A stretch of DNA of 64,000 nt from an uncultured Candidatus Saccharibacteria bacterium (GTDB lineage Bacteria > Patescibacteriota > Minisyncoccia > Phycocordibacterales > UBA6065): contig CAZBVG010000004.1 of the NCBI GenBank assembly GCA_964495425.1, positions 63,633 to 127,632 of the forward strand. Direction: 5' to 3'. The notes beneath the pieces are model-generated. The model ran no database searches, had not been told where the DNA came from, and saw only the letters and a program-made list of their open reading frames with translations. The position numbers and the translations under genes are program-made. Positions 19,036-28,397 of this stretch are shown here, one piece after another (position 1 is the stretch's first letter; every line of letters begins with the position of its first letter).

Positions 19036-19818
19036 GTGAGAAACACTTTTCAATACATTGCAACAGTTGTTTTAGTGGGGCTTTTCAGTTCTACGGTGCC
19101 CTTTTCAACCGCGAATGCGCAAAATATTACCGCCACCTCGTTTTCAAACACTCAGTCAGAGGTACGTCAGACTATTCCAACCCTCACGAACCCACTTTTG
19201 AATAAAAAGACTGTAAATTCAAGCGTTTCATCGACTCCCACTACAAATCTCTTACGGAGATCACCTGGAACAACTGCAAATCAGGTAAATTTGTCTGGTT
19301 TTATCAATAAGGTGAGAAGAAATGGTAAAAATCTTCCTGAAATTGAATCAATAATCAATCAGATCAAGATTGATACCGCAACAACAACGGACCTCATGGG
19401 TTTATTTTTAAAACAGGATGGAATTATTCCTATAACTTCGAGTTTTCGAGTAAGTGAGAGTAATCCCCTTAAAGAAAAGTTGCTTTCATTTGCGCAATTC
19501 TTTAAGCCACGAGAGGTACAAGCTGTTGGCACATCAAATTTCGGCGGCCCGCTCCTCTATTCATTCTTCTGTTCGTGTAGCTATACATTCCTTGTTTGGA
19601 TTGGACCTACAGCAAGCGCGGGTACCTCAAATCTGATTCTTGATTACGTACCATATTCACAAATGTACATGCAGTACAACATGCCATATACATCAAAAGC
19701 CATCGGAAAATATACTCCGAGTTCTTCTATGTGTTACATCTACTATGGTTACGGCTGTGTAAACGTACCAGTGAGCGAGGGCCTCATCTCATCTCAAGTT
19801 GGTTCGTCGGCTTACTAG
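19036..19818 (+). CDS. Secreted protein (signal peptide), divergent from the T4SS-like operon
   Basis: Signal peptide with an ANA cleavage site, then a Ser/Thr-rich sequence. The apparent GTG start follows a TGcTATAAT extended -10 at 19022-19030. Confidence 0.45.
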   Translation: MRNTFQYIATVVLVGLFSSTVPFSTANAQNITATSFSNTQSEVRQTIPTLTNPLLNKKTVNSSVSSTPTTNLLRRSPGTTANQVNLSGFINKVRRNGKNLPEIESIINQIKIDTATTTDLMGLFLKQDGIIPITSSFRVSESNPLKEKLLSFAQFFKPREVQAVGTSNFGGPLLYSFFCSCSYTFLVWIGPTASAGTSNLILDYVPYSQMYMQYNMPYTSKAIGKYTPSSSMCYIYYGYGCVNVPVSEGLISSQVGSSAY

Positions 19819-19828
19819 CCTTCCGTGC

Positions 19829-20647
19829 TTATTCGCTGTTGCGTACGAGTTCCATCCAAAGTGGAAGTGGAATTTCTTCTGCGCGAGCGTTTGTATTTAG
19901 GTTAAGGCGTTTGAACTTCGCCTCGAGAACCTCTTTAGTTTCAACCGCTTCGAGATTTGAAATAAGTTTTTTGCGCTTTTGGGCAAAACCAGCTTTTACG
20001 AACTCAAAAAATCGGGCTTCTTCCTCTTTGTTTTTAAAGGGATTGTGAATGTTGCTGAGTTTTAGTACTGCTGAATCAACGTTAGGAATCGGAAAGAAAT
20101 TTCCCCGAGATACGTTCATAACAAGTTCGGGCGTAGCAAACACCTTTACTGAGATTGAAAGAATGCTTTCTTTAGTATCTTTTGCCAAGATTCTGCGGGC
20201 AACTTCCTTTTGCACCATAATAACCATCATTGAAGGCCGACAGGTGCTCGAGAGAAGGTTTCGAATGAGTGCCCCGGTGATGTAATACGGAATGTTAGCA
20301 ATTACTTTGTAGTTTTTTCCAACAATCGTCTCGATTTCTTCATCTTTAATATCGAGAACGTCCCGGTGAAATATCTCAAGTTTACCTTCTGAGATTTCTT
20401 TTTTAAATTCTTGAGTTAAATACGGTACGAGACGATTGTCCTTTTCAACCGCTTTCACGATGCCACCCATATACATCAACGCCCGAGTTAAAACTCCTTT
20501 TCCTGGTCCAACTTCAAGCACCACATCTTTTTCTTTAAGGTCACCAGCTTTAATGATTGCTTCAATAATGCGAGGAGAGATAAGAAAATTTTGGCCAAGA
20601 GATCTTTTTGCTGGTAAACCATCCGATTCATGCTGCTTGTGTTCCAT
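19829..20647 (-). CDS. rsmA: 16S rRNA (adenine1518/1519-N6)-dimethyltransferase
   Basis: GQNFL motif and the SAM-binding VLEVGPGKGVLT. Confidence 0.9.
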   Translation of the reverse strand: MEHKQHESDGLPAKRSLGQNFLISPRIIEAIIKAGDLKEKDVVLEVGPGKGVLTRALMYMGGIVKAVEKDNRLVPYLTQEFKKEISEGKLEIFHRDVLDIKDEEIETIVGKNYKVIANIPYYITGALIRNLLSSTCRPSMMVIMVQKEVARRILAKDTKESILSISVKVFATPELVMNVSRGNFFPIPNVDSAVLKLSNIHNPFKNKEEEARFFEFVKAGFAQKRKKLISNLEAVETKEVLEAKFKRLNLNTNARAEEIPLPLWMELVRNSE

Positions 20648-20655
20648 GGTGAAAA

Positions 20656-22599
20656 CTATATATCAAAATAGATAACTTTGCCTCCTGCTCGTGTGCGCAT
20701 TTCTTCCTCTATATAGTGCTCTGGAATGTCGAATATGAACTCCGATGGCACGGTTACCTGTCGTGAACCAAAGATGGTACGAATGGAAGCGTGAGAGAGG
20801 AATAATTTTTTCTTTGCACGGGTGATAGCGACATAGAAAAGACGTCGTTCCTCTTCGTCATCTCGCTTACTGCTTTTGGTTTCCATTGCCTTGTGTGGGA
20901 ACAGATCTTGTTCGAGGCCTGTGATAAATACATACTCGAATTCAAGGCCTTTTGAGGCGTGAATAGTCATTAAGCGTACCGCGGGCGCATCTTCTTCCAT
21001 TTCATCTTGATCGGTGGCCAAAGAAGCATCCTCGAGAAGTTTGGTCACACCTTCTCCGGGAATCATGAAATCATACTTTGTTGCTAGAGTTGCAAGCTCC
21101 TTTACGTTTTCAAGTCGCTCAAGATCTTCTTCTGTTCCCTGCTGGAACATTTCTTCGAGCCCGGTGCGCTTGATAACAAAACGAACGAGATCAGAAGCCT
21201 TCTCGCTTTGTGTTTTTTGTGCGATTTCATCAAGCATCATATTGAAATCACTCCATTTTTTAGAATGGGTTGAAGAAAGTTGGTCGAGCATGCCTGAAAA
21301 AATTTTGGCAATAGTAACTTTTCCAATTCCTCGTGCTGGAACATTGATCACCCGCTCTATATCAGAGAGAGAGTCACGATTAAGTGCGGCACGAATGAAC
21401 GACAAGACATCCTTGATCTCTTTTCGTTCAAAGAACTTAACGCCGAGCACCTGATACTGCACATCGCGAGCAAGCATCGCTTCTTCAAGTGCTCGAGATT
21501 GGAAGTTTGCTCGATAAAGAACGGCAATGTTGCTTGGATCCGTGCCTTTTTCAATGAGATCTGCGGATTTTTCTGCGATAAATCGAGCTTCATCGTTTTC
21601 ATCAAAGGCTGGATAGACAGTAATTTTCTCCCCTGCCCCTTGTTTGGTGAAAAGATTTTTTTCAAAGCGATTCTTGTTCTTTTTTATGATATGGTTTGCG
21701 ACTTCAAGGATTGTTTGTGTTGAACGGTAGTTTTCCTCGAGCGTGACCATTTTTGCACCCGGGTAGTCTTTTTCAAACGAGAGTATGTTTTTAATATCTG
21801 CTCCACGCCAGCTGTAAATATTTTGATCGACATCACCTACCACGCATATGTTTTTTCGCTCTCCTGCAATGAGTTTGGCGATTTTATACTGCACTTTATT
21901 CGTATCCTGATACTCATCAATATGTACGTATGTCCACGCTTTTTGATATTTTGCTCGCACCTCAGCATCTTTTTCGAGAAGCTCTGCGGTTTTAAGAAGA
22001 AGATCATCAAAATCCAACGCCTTTTCCTTTCTCAGTGCTGCTTCATATTTCTGCCATACCTTATACACGATATCTCGCATGTAATCGTTGCCCACTGATT
22101 CAAAAAATTGGGATAGATTTACCCCGTTACCCTTTTCTTTTGAAATTATTGAGAGGAGTACATTCGGCTCATATTGTTTTGGATCGAGCCCGGTATCCGT
22201 GATGGCATTTTTTACCGCGCGCCGTGAGTCTGATCGATCGAAAATGGTGAAATGCTTGGTCAAGCCAAATCTTTGAGCATTTTCACGAATAATGTGTACT
22301 CCGAGTGAATGAAAGGTACTTACGAATGGTCGCTCGGTAAAGCTTATGGGCACATTCAAGTCCTTGTCTTCCTTTAAAAGTTTTAGGACACGCTCTCGCA
22401 TTTCCTTCGCCGCCTTGTTGGTGAAAGTAATTGCAAGGATGTTTGCCGGTGTAATTCCGTTTTTTATGAGATGGAGTATGCGATACGTGATGGTTTTTGT
22501 CTTTCCGGCACCCGCTCCAGCCAAAATGAGCACCGGACCCTCAGTCAAAAGCACCGCTTCCTTCTGTCGATCGTTTAAAGTGGCGAGATGATTCACCAA
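20656..22599 (-). CDS. pcrA: UvrD/PcrA-family ATP-dependent DNA helicase
   Basis: LNDRQKEAV, Walker A AGAGAGKT, and the helicase motifs of SF1A. Confidence 0.9.
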   Translation of the reverse strand: MVNHLATLNDRQKEAVLLTEGPVLILAGAGAGKTKTITYRILHLIKNGITPANILAITFTNKAAKEMRERVLKLLKEDKDLNVPISFTERPFVSTFHSLGVHIIRENAQRFGLTKHFTIFDRSDSRRAVKNAITDTGLDPKQYEPNVLLSIISKEKGNGVNLSQFFESVGNDYMRDIVYKVWQKYEAALRKEKALDFDDLLLKTAELLEKDAEVRAKYQKAWTYVHIDEYQDTNKVQYKIAKLIAGERKNICVVGDVDQNIYSWRGADIKNILSFEKDYPGAKMVTLEENYRSTQTILEVANHIIKKNKNRFEKNLFTKQGAGEKITVYPAFDENDEARFIAEKSADLIEKGTDPSNIAVLYRANFQSRALEEAMLARDVQYQVLGVKFFERKEIKDVLSFIRAALNRDSLSDIERVINVPARGIGKVTIAKIFSGMLDQLSSTHSKKWSDFNMMLDEIAQKTQSEKASDLVRFVIKRTGLEEMFQQGTEEDLERLENVKELATLATKYDFMIPGEGVTKLLEDASLATDQDEMEEDAPAVRLMTIHASKGLEFEYVFITGLEQDLFPHKAMETKSSKRDDEEERRLFYVAITRAKKKLFLSHASIRTIFGSRQVTVPSEFIFDIPEHYIEEEMRTRAGGKVIYFDI

Positions 22600-22760
22600 G
22601 AGATTTTAGCATATAACAAGAGGGAATAAAATATGGCTTAAAATAAGGCTATTTTTACAAAAATTGGTAAGGGGCACGTGAAAAAAACTGGTTGTGGATA
22701 GTACGGGGACAACCCAAGTTGACTGAACTTTCTGGGTGGGTATAGTTATAGGGCACAGAA

Positions 22761-23909
22761 ATGACTGTATGTCCGAAATATGGCTCAACAGAGCCATATA
22801 TTCAGAAAATGAAGCAAATACTGGATAAAATAAGCACTATTTTTAGATTTCTCAAAGAACTTTCGCCAAAATCGGTCCGTAGTATAAAGGCGAAATCACA
22901 TACGACCCTTACTATCGCGCTTTACTTAGTAAAGCATGTTTTCTTTTATACGGCTCTACTTATACCTCTTTCGGCTTCCGCGGGGGTATTTTCATTTCTA
23001 ACTGACCTTATGGGCAAAGAGGTGGATGCTAATATCCGACAAAGCTCACAGTATCTGGGTGTACTTCAGGCGCAGGTTGGTCCGGGCTCTACGTCATCTG
23101 TTGGTGGAGGTGAAATACAGATGGTTGATGGAGGTGCTCTCATTCAGGAAGCGGGTGTTATTGGTACTCAGGCGGATATTACAGAGCCAAAGTCTACCCA
23201 GATCAGTATTTACGTTGTTCGTAAGGGTGATTCCCTTTCTCAGATAGCTCAAATGTATGATGTGACGGTAAATACCATTAAGTGGTCTAACAACATTACA
23301 GGTCCAATTCAGGAGGGTGATGAACTTGTTATATTGCCAATCTCAGGTGTAAGCCATACGGTAAAAAAGGGTGACACCGTTCGTTCAATTGCGACAAAGT
23401 ATAAAGCGAGCCTCGATGAAATTCTTGCGTATAACAATGTTAAAGCGACAGACAAGCTAGAAGTTGGATCTGTGCTTATTGTTCCTGATGGTGAGGTGCA
23501 GGCTACGCCTATCGCGACATCTAACTCAACCTCAAAGGTGCGCAGTGTGGGCGGTCCGGTGTACAAGGATTTTTATATTCGACCTATCGAAGGAGGTGTG
23601 CGTACTCAAGGTCTCCATGGTTTGAACGGTGTTGACCTTGCTGCGCCTGTTGGCACCCCTATTCGTGCTTCTGCGGGCGGTACGGTTATTATTGCTCGAT
23701 CGTCTGGTTACAACGGTGGATATGGATCATATGTTGTGATCTCGCACGCAAATGGAACACAAACGTTGTACGCGCATATGAGTCGCGTTGTGGTTGTTCA
23801 GGGCACAACTGTCAGCCAGGGAGATATGCTCGGAAATGTTGGAAGCACGGGTAAATCTACTGGTCCCCATATTCATTTTGAAGTTCGAGGTGCTGCAAAT
23901 CCGTTCTAA
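22761..23909 (+). CDS. LysM-domain M23 family metallopeptidase
   Basis: Two LysM repeats (YVVRKGDSLSQIA.., HTVKKGDTVRSIA..) and an M23 catalytic region HGLNGVDLAAP...GPHIHFEV. Confidence 0.85.
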   Translation: MTVCPKYGSTEPYIQKMKQILDKISTIFRFLKELSPKSVRSIKAKSHTTLTIALYLVKHVFFYTALLIPLSASAGVFSFLTDLMGKEVDANIRQSSQYLGVLQAQVGPGSTSSVGGGEIQMVDGGALIQEAGVIGTQADITEPKSTQISIYVVRKGDSLSQIAQMYDVTVNTIKWSNNITGPIQEGDELVILPISGVSHTVKKGDTVRSIATKYKASLDEILAYNNVKATDKLEVGSVLIVPDGEVQATPIATSNSTSKVRSVGGPVYKDFYIRPIEGGVRTQGLHGLNGVDLAAPVGTPIRASAGGTVIIARSSGYNGGYGSYVVISHANGTQTLYAHMSRVVVVQGTTVSQGDMLGNVGSTGKSTGPHIHFEVRGAANPF

Positions 23910-23911
23910 AC

Positions 23912-25468
23912 CTATATAAAATGTTTCTGTCGATATTGAAGCGCTTCCAGTATATGGGGCGCTTCAATTGTTTCTGAATTTTCAATATCAGCAATCGTTC
24001 GTGCCAGTTTAACTGTGCTGTGGTATCCACGGCCCGATATGTCGTAGGTTTGTGCGGCTTTATTTAGAGTTTCCTCAGCTGATTTGGAAAGAAAAGTTCC
24101 TTTCGCAAGATCGCGAGAATGGATAGATGAGTTTGAGTGTGCATTAATGGCTACTTTTTTAAACCGTTCTCGTTGTTTGGTGCGGGCCATTACAACTGTG
24201 TGGCGCGCAGAGTCTGTTTCGTGGGAGTCGCTTTTGTGACGCATGAGCTTCTCGTGATCTATCTTTGACACTTCGATCCACATATCAATACGATCCATGA
24301 TGGGTCCGGATAGTTTTCGTGCATACCTGGCAATATCAGCAGGCGCACAGATGCATGTCTTGCCAGAAACTCCTCTATTACCACACGGGCAAGGATTGAG
24401 TGCGGCCACGAGGATAAAATGTGCTGGAAACTGAGCTGTTCCCTTTGATCGAGAGATAGAGATAATACGATCTTCAAGAGGTTGCCGGAGTGATTCAATT
24501 ACCCGCTTATCAAACTCAGGAAATTCATCCAAGAAAAGAATGCCACGATGAGCCAAAGTGATTTCTCCGGGTTTAGGTGTACCTCCTCCTCCCACAAGTG
24601 ATGCGTATGAGGCGGTGTGGTGCGGGGAGCGAACTGGTGAAGTGGTGATGAGACTTCCTTCGAGTCTGCCAGCAACAGAATGAATTTCGGTCACTTCAAG
24701 CATCTCCTCAAATGAAAGAGGTGGAAGGATGCTTTGAAGCGCACGAGCAAGCATTGTTTTTCCTGTTCCGGGTGGTCCGAAGAGAGCAATGTTGTGTATG
24801 CCGGCTGCAGCAATGATGAGACCTCTTTTTGCTGTTTCTTGACCAGCTATATCATCTAGATCGGTTGTAGCGGTATTTTCCATGATCAAGGTTTTTGGAT
24901 CGAGTTTCTGTTCTGGGGAGAGAACAATTTTTTCAAACCCATCACTTTCCTTTGTGTGTAAATGGGATATGACTTCGGTGAGAGTTTTAATGCCAAATAC
25001 ACGGACCCCATCTATGAGAGCGGCTTCGGGGGCATTTTCCTTTGGAACATATATTTCCTGAATTCCTTTTGATAAAGCGAGTTTTGCATAAGAAAGTGCT
25101 CCTCGTATTGGCCGCAGGCTTCCATCAAGCGCGAGTTCTCCAATGAATAATTTTCCTTCCGGATCAAATTCAATTTCTTCGGCTGAAAGTAAATAAGCAA
25201 GAGCGATAGGAAGATCAAACGCTGGTCCCTCCTTTCTAATATCAGCGGGTGCAAGTGAGACGGTTATTTTTGCGTTTGTTTGCTTTGGGGATTTGAATCC
25301 GGAGTTTTTGATAGCGGCAGATACTCTGTCTCGGGCCTCCTCAATTGCTTTATCGGGCAGGCCAACAATTGAAAAAGAGTGAAGTCCGCGTGACATATCC
25401 ATTTCTACTGAAATGACATGCGCCTTAAGCATGTGGTTTTGTGCACTAAAGACTTTTGAAAACCTCAT
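23912..25468 (-). CDS. comM: YifB/ComM Mg-chelatase-like AAA+ ATPase
   Basis: Lon-like N-terminus, Walker A GPPGTGKTMLA, and a C-terminal Mg-chelatase ChlI region. Confidence 0.85.
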   Translation of the reverse strand: MRFSKVFSAQNHMLKAHVISVEMDMSRGLHSFSIVGLPDKAIEEARDRVSAAIKNSGFKSPKQTNAKITVSLAPADIRKEGPAFDLPIALAYLLSAEEIEFDPEGKLFIGELALDGSLRPIRGALSYAKLALSKGIQEIYVPKENAPEAALIDGVRVFGIKTLTEVISHLHTKESDGFEKIVLSPEQKLDPKTLIMENTATTDLDDIAGQETAKRGLIIAAAGIHNIALFGPPGTGKTMLARALQSILPPLSFEEMLEVTEIHSVAGRLEGSLITTSPVRSPHHTASYASLVGGGGTPKPGEITLAHRGILFLDEFPEFDKRVIESLRQPLEDRIISISRSKGTAQFPAHFILVAALNPCPCGNRGVSGKTCICAPADIARYARKLSGPIMDRIDMWIEVSKIDHEKLMRHKSDSHETDSARHTVVMARTKQRERFKKVAINAHSNSSIHSRDLAKGTFLSKSAEETLNKAAQTYDISGRGYHSTVKLARTIADIENSETIEAPHILEALQYRQKHFI

Positions 25469-25527
25469 GTACTAAGTGTATGGTTTATAGATAAAGTAAA
25501 TATAAACTCGGGCTGTGTATGGGTGAT

Positions 25528-25560
25528 AGTAAGCAAACAAAAATCCGTCAAATTCTGACG
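25528..25560. terminator. Rho-independent terminator downstream of the dksA-like gene
   Basis: Hairpin aaatccgtcaaattctgacggattttt. Confidence 0.55.
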
Positions 25561-25583
25561 GATTTTTGTTAGAGATGGGCGCC

Positions 25584-25964
25584 TTACTTCTTTCCTTTCA
25601 TGTGGGCGACACAGGTTCTCGCTGCAGGATTTGCTTCGAGTCGTGCGGCTTCGATGGGTTCCCCACCAACTTCACACACTCCATATGTACCCTTCTTAAT
25701 TTTATCTAGAGCGAGCTTTACATCGTTGTACTGAGTTTCGAGCGGCTTGAGGATGGCGGTGTTAGATTCGTAGCTTTCAATATTGTCAGCAATGTCTGCG
25801 GCGTCAGAAGCATTAACATCAACATCACCTGAAGATGGTTCCCAATCCTTTGGATTATCAGGATTCTTGTGGCCTACGCTTTTAAGCTCAGTTTCAAGTG
25901 TTTTAAGTTCTGCTTCGAGCTTAGCCTTGAGTTTCGTTGTGTCTATATTGGTTTGTTTTTTCAT
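25584..25964 (-). CDS. DksA/TraR-family protein (Zn-finger degenerate, two Cys only)
   Basis: Coiled-coil N-terminus with acidic tip DAADIAD, and a C-terminal C-x22-C segment. Confidence 0.55.
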   Translation of the reverse strand: MKKQTNIDTTKLKAKLEAELKTLETELKSVGHKNPDNPKDWEPSSGDVDVNASDAADIADNIESYESNTAILKPLETQYNDVKLALDKIKKGTYGVCEVGGEPIEAARLEANPAARTCVAHMKGKK

Positions 25965-26003
25965 GAATGTTGGATTTGTCCCCTATCATAGCGGGATTTT
26001 TTC

Positions 26004-27125
26004 CTACTGTATAGTACGTACAGAAAGGAGTCGGTCGAGTATGTACTTTAGGGCAGATGTGTTGGTTGCTATAACAATAGTGTCTTTATCTGCGAACGCG
26101 TAGAGGAGGATTGGGTCACCAGCATCATTTTTAAGGGCTCTGGTGTCTACATTTGATACAACGGTATCGGCAAAGGTGGTGCTTGTAGCTGTTGCTGTTT
26201 CATCCGGATGAGCAACCTGGATAAGAGGAAGCAAATCTGCTCGCATAGTCTTTTCCCAATCGAGCATTCCAGAGAAGGCGTTTTGGAAGAATGTATTCTT
26301 GACGATAATAAACGGACTATTTGCGTCATAAGTATACGTTCCGATCATATATGTGTCGGAAAGCGATCGCTTGAGGCGGTCAGGCATTTTTGTCATACGG
26401 AACACCTGCGCTATCGGAGCAAATACAGTTGATGTAGCGCTGTTTGTAGGAACTATCGTGTAAATATTACCGAGACCAGCATTCGACGCTTCCAGTTTTG
26501 AGCTAATGAGAATAAGTGGGTTGCTGTTTGGTTCGAGGTAGACGGCTGAGCCCTTTGTGGACGGCACAATTGTTTTTACGGTTGGAGGAATCGGTACCGC
26601 TTCAACTGAATCTTGGGAAGAAATAAACCAGTAGTACCAACCGCCACCAATAAGTACGATGACAAGTATCGCTACGAGCACAAATACACCAGGAGAAGCG
26701 GGTTTCTTTTCGGTAACTTCAACTTTATTGCGAGCCTCTCGTCTCTTTTGTTCCGCGACAGCGATATCAATAGTTGAGACGTTTTGGTACTTAACGGCTT
26801 CTTCGGCATCACTTTTGAATGTTCTAAGTGGCTTGATAGAAGGGTCATTCATCGGTTCCGTTGTTTTTTCTGGTGTGGTTTGTGGTCGTACAGGCGGAAC
26901 TTCAGTTGGCTTAAGTGGGGCCAATGGGGTTTGGTCAAGCATTTGTCCGGCTCGATTGAGCGGTGATTCATTTGGAATTCGTTTTTCTTGCACAGGTTCT
27001 GGGGCTGACTCTGGACCCGGCATTATATCAATACCCTCTGCCTTAAAATCAGAGTTGGATTGAGCAGCCTGTGTATTGGAAAGATCATTTTGATCCTTTT
27101 CTGGTGTCGGATTGTTCGGTTCCAT
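26004..27125 (-). CDS. Bitopic membrane protein with a Pro-rich cytoplasmic N-terminus
   Basis: Single TM (VFVLVAILVIVLIGGGWYYWFI) at about aa 150, and no known domain. Confidence 0.45.
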   Translation of the reverse strand: MEPNNPTPEKDQNDLSNTQAAQSNSDFKAEGIDIMPGPESAPEPVQEKRIPNESPLNRAGQMLDQTPLAPLKPTEVPPVRPQTTPEKTTEPMNDPSIKPLRTFKSDAEEAVKYQNVSTIDIAVAEQKRREARNKVEVTEKKPASPGVFVLVAILVIVLIGGGWYYWFISSQDSVEAVPIPPTVKTIVPSTKGSAVYLEPNSNPLILISSKLEASNAGLGNIYTIVPTNSATSTVFAPIAQVFRMTKMPDRLKRSLSDTYMIGTYTYDANSPFIIVKNTFFQNAFSGMLDWEKTMRADLLPLIQVAHPDETATATSTTFADTVVSNVDTRALKNDAGDPILLYAFADKDTIVIATNTSALKYILDRLLSVRTIQ

Positions 27126-27157
27126 AGATACATTATATACCTTACCTACTTTTTTGG

Positions 27158-27204
27158 TTAAAGAAAAGCCGCGGCGCCGTCCCGGCGCCGCGGCCTTCTC
27201 CTTT
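27158..27204. terminator. Strong GC hairpin terminator (bidirectional)
   Basis: gccgcggcgccgtcccggcgccgcggc is a perfect 12-bp inverted repeat with T-rich flanks. Confidence 0.65.
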
Positions 27205-27867
27205 TTATCTTAACTTTCGTATAACTTTGCGCATCCCACCAACTTTTCCCTGGTCTTGCTTTCCAGATGATTTTTCTTCATCTGAATGTACACGCTGTTC
27301 GTTTTTCTTGGTGAATTCTCTATTGTCACGGTTGTCTCGAGTATCACGATTGCTGTTATGTCGCCCACCCATGACATAGCGACCTGCATTTTCGTCCATA
27401 TCAACAAAATCATCAGCAACTTCCTTGAGTTTCGATGATGCTGATTTTCCGAACGAGATTACTTCCACCTGGCATCCATTCATCTTTAAGTATTCAATGA
27501 GAGGAATGAAATCTCCGTCGCCTGATGCAATGACAACCACATCAAGTTTTGATGCAAGTTTGACTGCATCGATTGCGAGACCTACGTCCCAATCTGCTTT
27601 TTTTGAACCAGATGAAAAGATTTGAAGATCTTTTGTCTTAGTTTCGATGCCGATTTTCGTCAAAGCATCAAAAAAGCCTTTTTCTTCACCTGTTTCTGTG
27701 GTGATAACATATGCAATTGCACGAACAAGCTGTCGACCAGCAAGTGCGTCATTGAGAACATTTTCAAAGTTTACTCTACCTTGATGAATGTTTTTTGCGC
27801 TGTGATAAAGATTCTGCGCATCGAGAAACACGCCTACGCGCTGTTCCTTATGTTTAATAACTGCCAT
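27205..27867 (-). CDS. NYN/LabA-like (PIN-related) domain protein with an Arg/Asp-rich tail
   Basis: VGVFLDAQNLYHS ... VVVIASGDGDFIPLI is typical of the NYN/DUF88 fold. The C-terminus is RDTRDNRDNRE low complexity. Confidence 0.65.
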   Translation of the reverse strand: MAVIKHKEQRVGVFLDAQNLYHSAKNIHQGRVNFENVLNDALAGRQLVRAIAYVITTETGEEKGFFDALTKIGIETKTKDLQIFSSGSKKADWDVGLAIDAVKLASKLDVVVIASGDGDFIPLIEYLKMNGCQVEVISFGKSASSKLKEVADDFVDMDENAGRYVMGGRHNSNRDTRDNRDNREFTKKNEQRVHSDEEKSSGKQDQGKVGGMRKVIRKLR

Positions 27868-27954
27868 ACAAATATAAATTACTAACTAACTGACTAAAAA
27901 TATGAAAAAGTGACTAACTTTTGCAAAACACATGCTGACAAAGAGGTTGTAAAC

Positions 27955-27990
27955 GAAACCGCCCTACTTTCAAAGTATCGGGCGGTTTTC
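27955..27990. terminator. Terminator downstream of rpsO
   Basis: Hairpin accgccctactttcaaagtatcgggcggtttt. Confidence 0.55.
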
Positions 27991-27993
27991 GTG

Positions 27994-28260
27994 TTACTTC
28001 TTGAGTTCGAGTTTCTTTGAGATCTCTGAGTGTCTTTTTGGAGACTTCTTCGCGAGATATCTCATATGATTCTGACGATCAGCTACCATCGCGAGGAGAC
28101 CTCGTCTTGAGTGCTTGTCTTTATCATGTTTCTTGAGATGTCGAGCAAGTTCCTCAATCTTCGCTGTAAGAAGCGCGATTTGAACTTCCGGAGAACCGGT
28201 GTCCTTATCATGGACGCCCGCGTTCTTGATTACTTTGGTTTTCTTTGTCGTTGAAAGCAT
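27994..28260 (-). CDS. rpsO: 30S ribosomal protein S15
   Basis: 88 aa with GSPEVQIALLT..I..L..H...KDKHSRRGLL. Confidence 0.9.
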   Translation of the reverse strand: MLSTTKKTKVIKNAGVHDKDTGSPEVQIALLTAKIEELARHLKKHDKDKHSRRGLLAMVADRQNHMRYLAKKSPKRHSEISKKLELKK

Positions 28261-28361
28261 GGTTCACACAGGATAGCACACAACTTTTAAAATTGCAAGG
28301 GCCTGAAGCCGTTTTTTACCAAAAACTCTTAAACATATAGGTTTTTATCAATAAAAAGAGC

Positions 28362-28390
28362 CATAATCGAGATTATGGCTCATTGCAATA
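28362..28390. terminator. Terminator downstream of the HExxH protein gene
   Basis: Hairpin gagccataatcgagattatggctc. Confidence 0.5.
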
Positions 28391-28397
28391 TTTGCTA

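Noticed and set aside
19022-19038. Extended -10 (TGcTATAAT) as the promoter of 19036-19818 with a GTG start
   Set aside because: This is kept only as a note. The predicted TSS would fall on the GTG start codon, giving a leaderless GTG, which is unusual. The true start or promoter may differ.
20656-22599. UvrD-family helicase as part of a defence system
   Set aside because: It has full-length PcrA/UvrD housekeeping architecture next to ksgA, with no associated nuclease or methylase genes.
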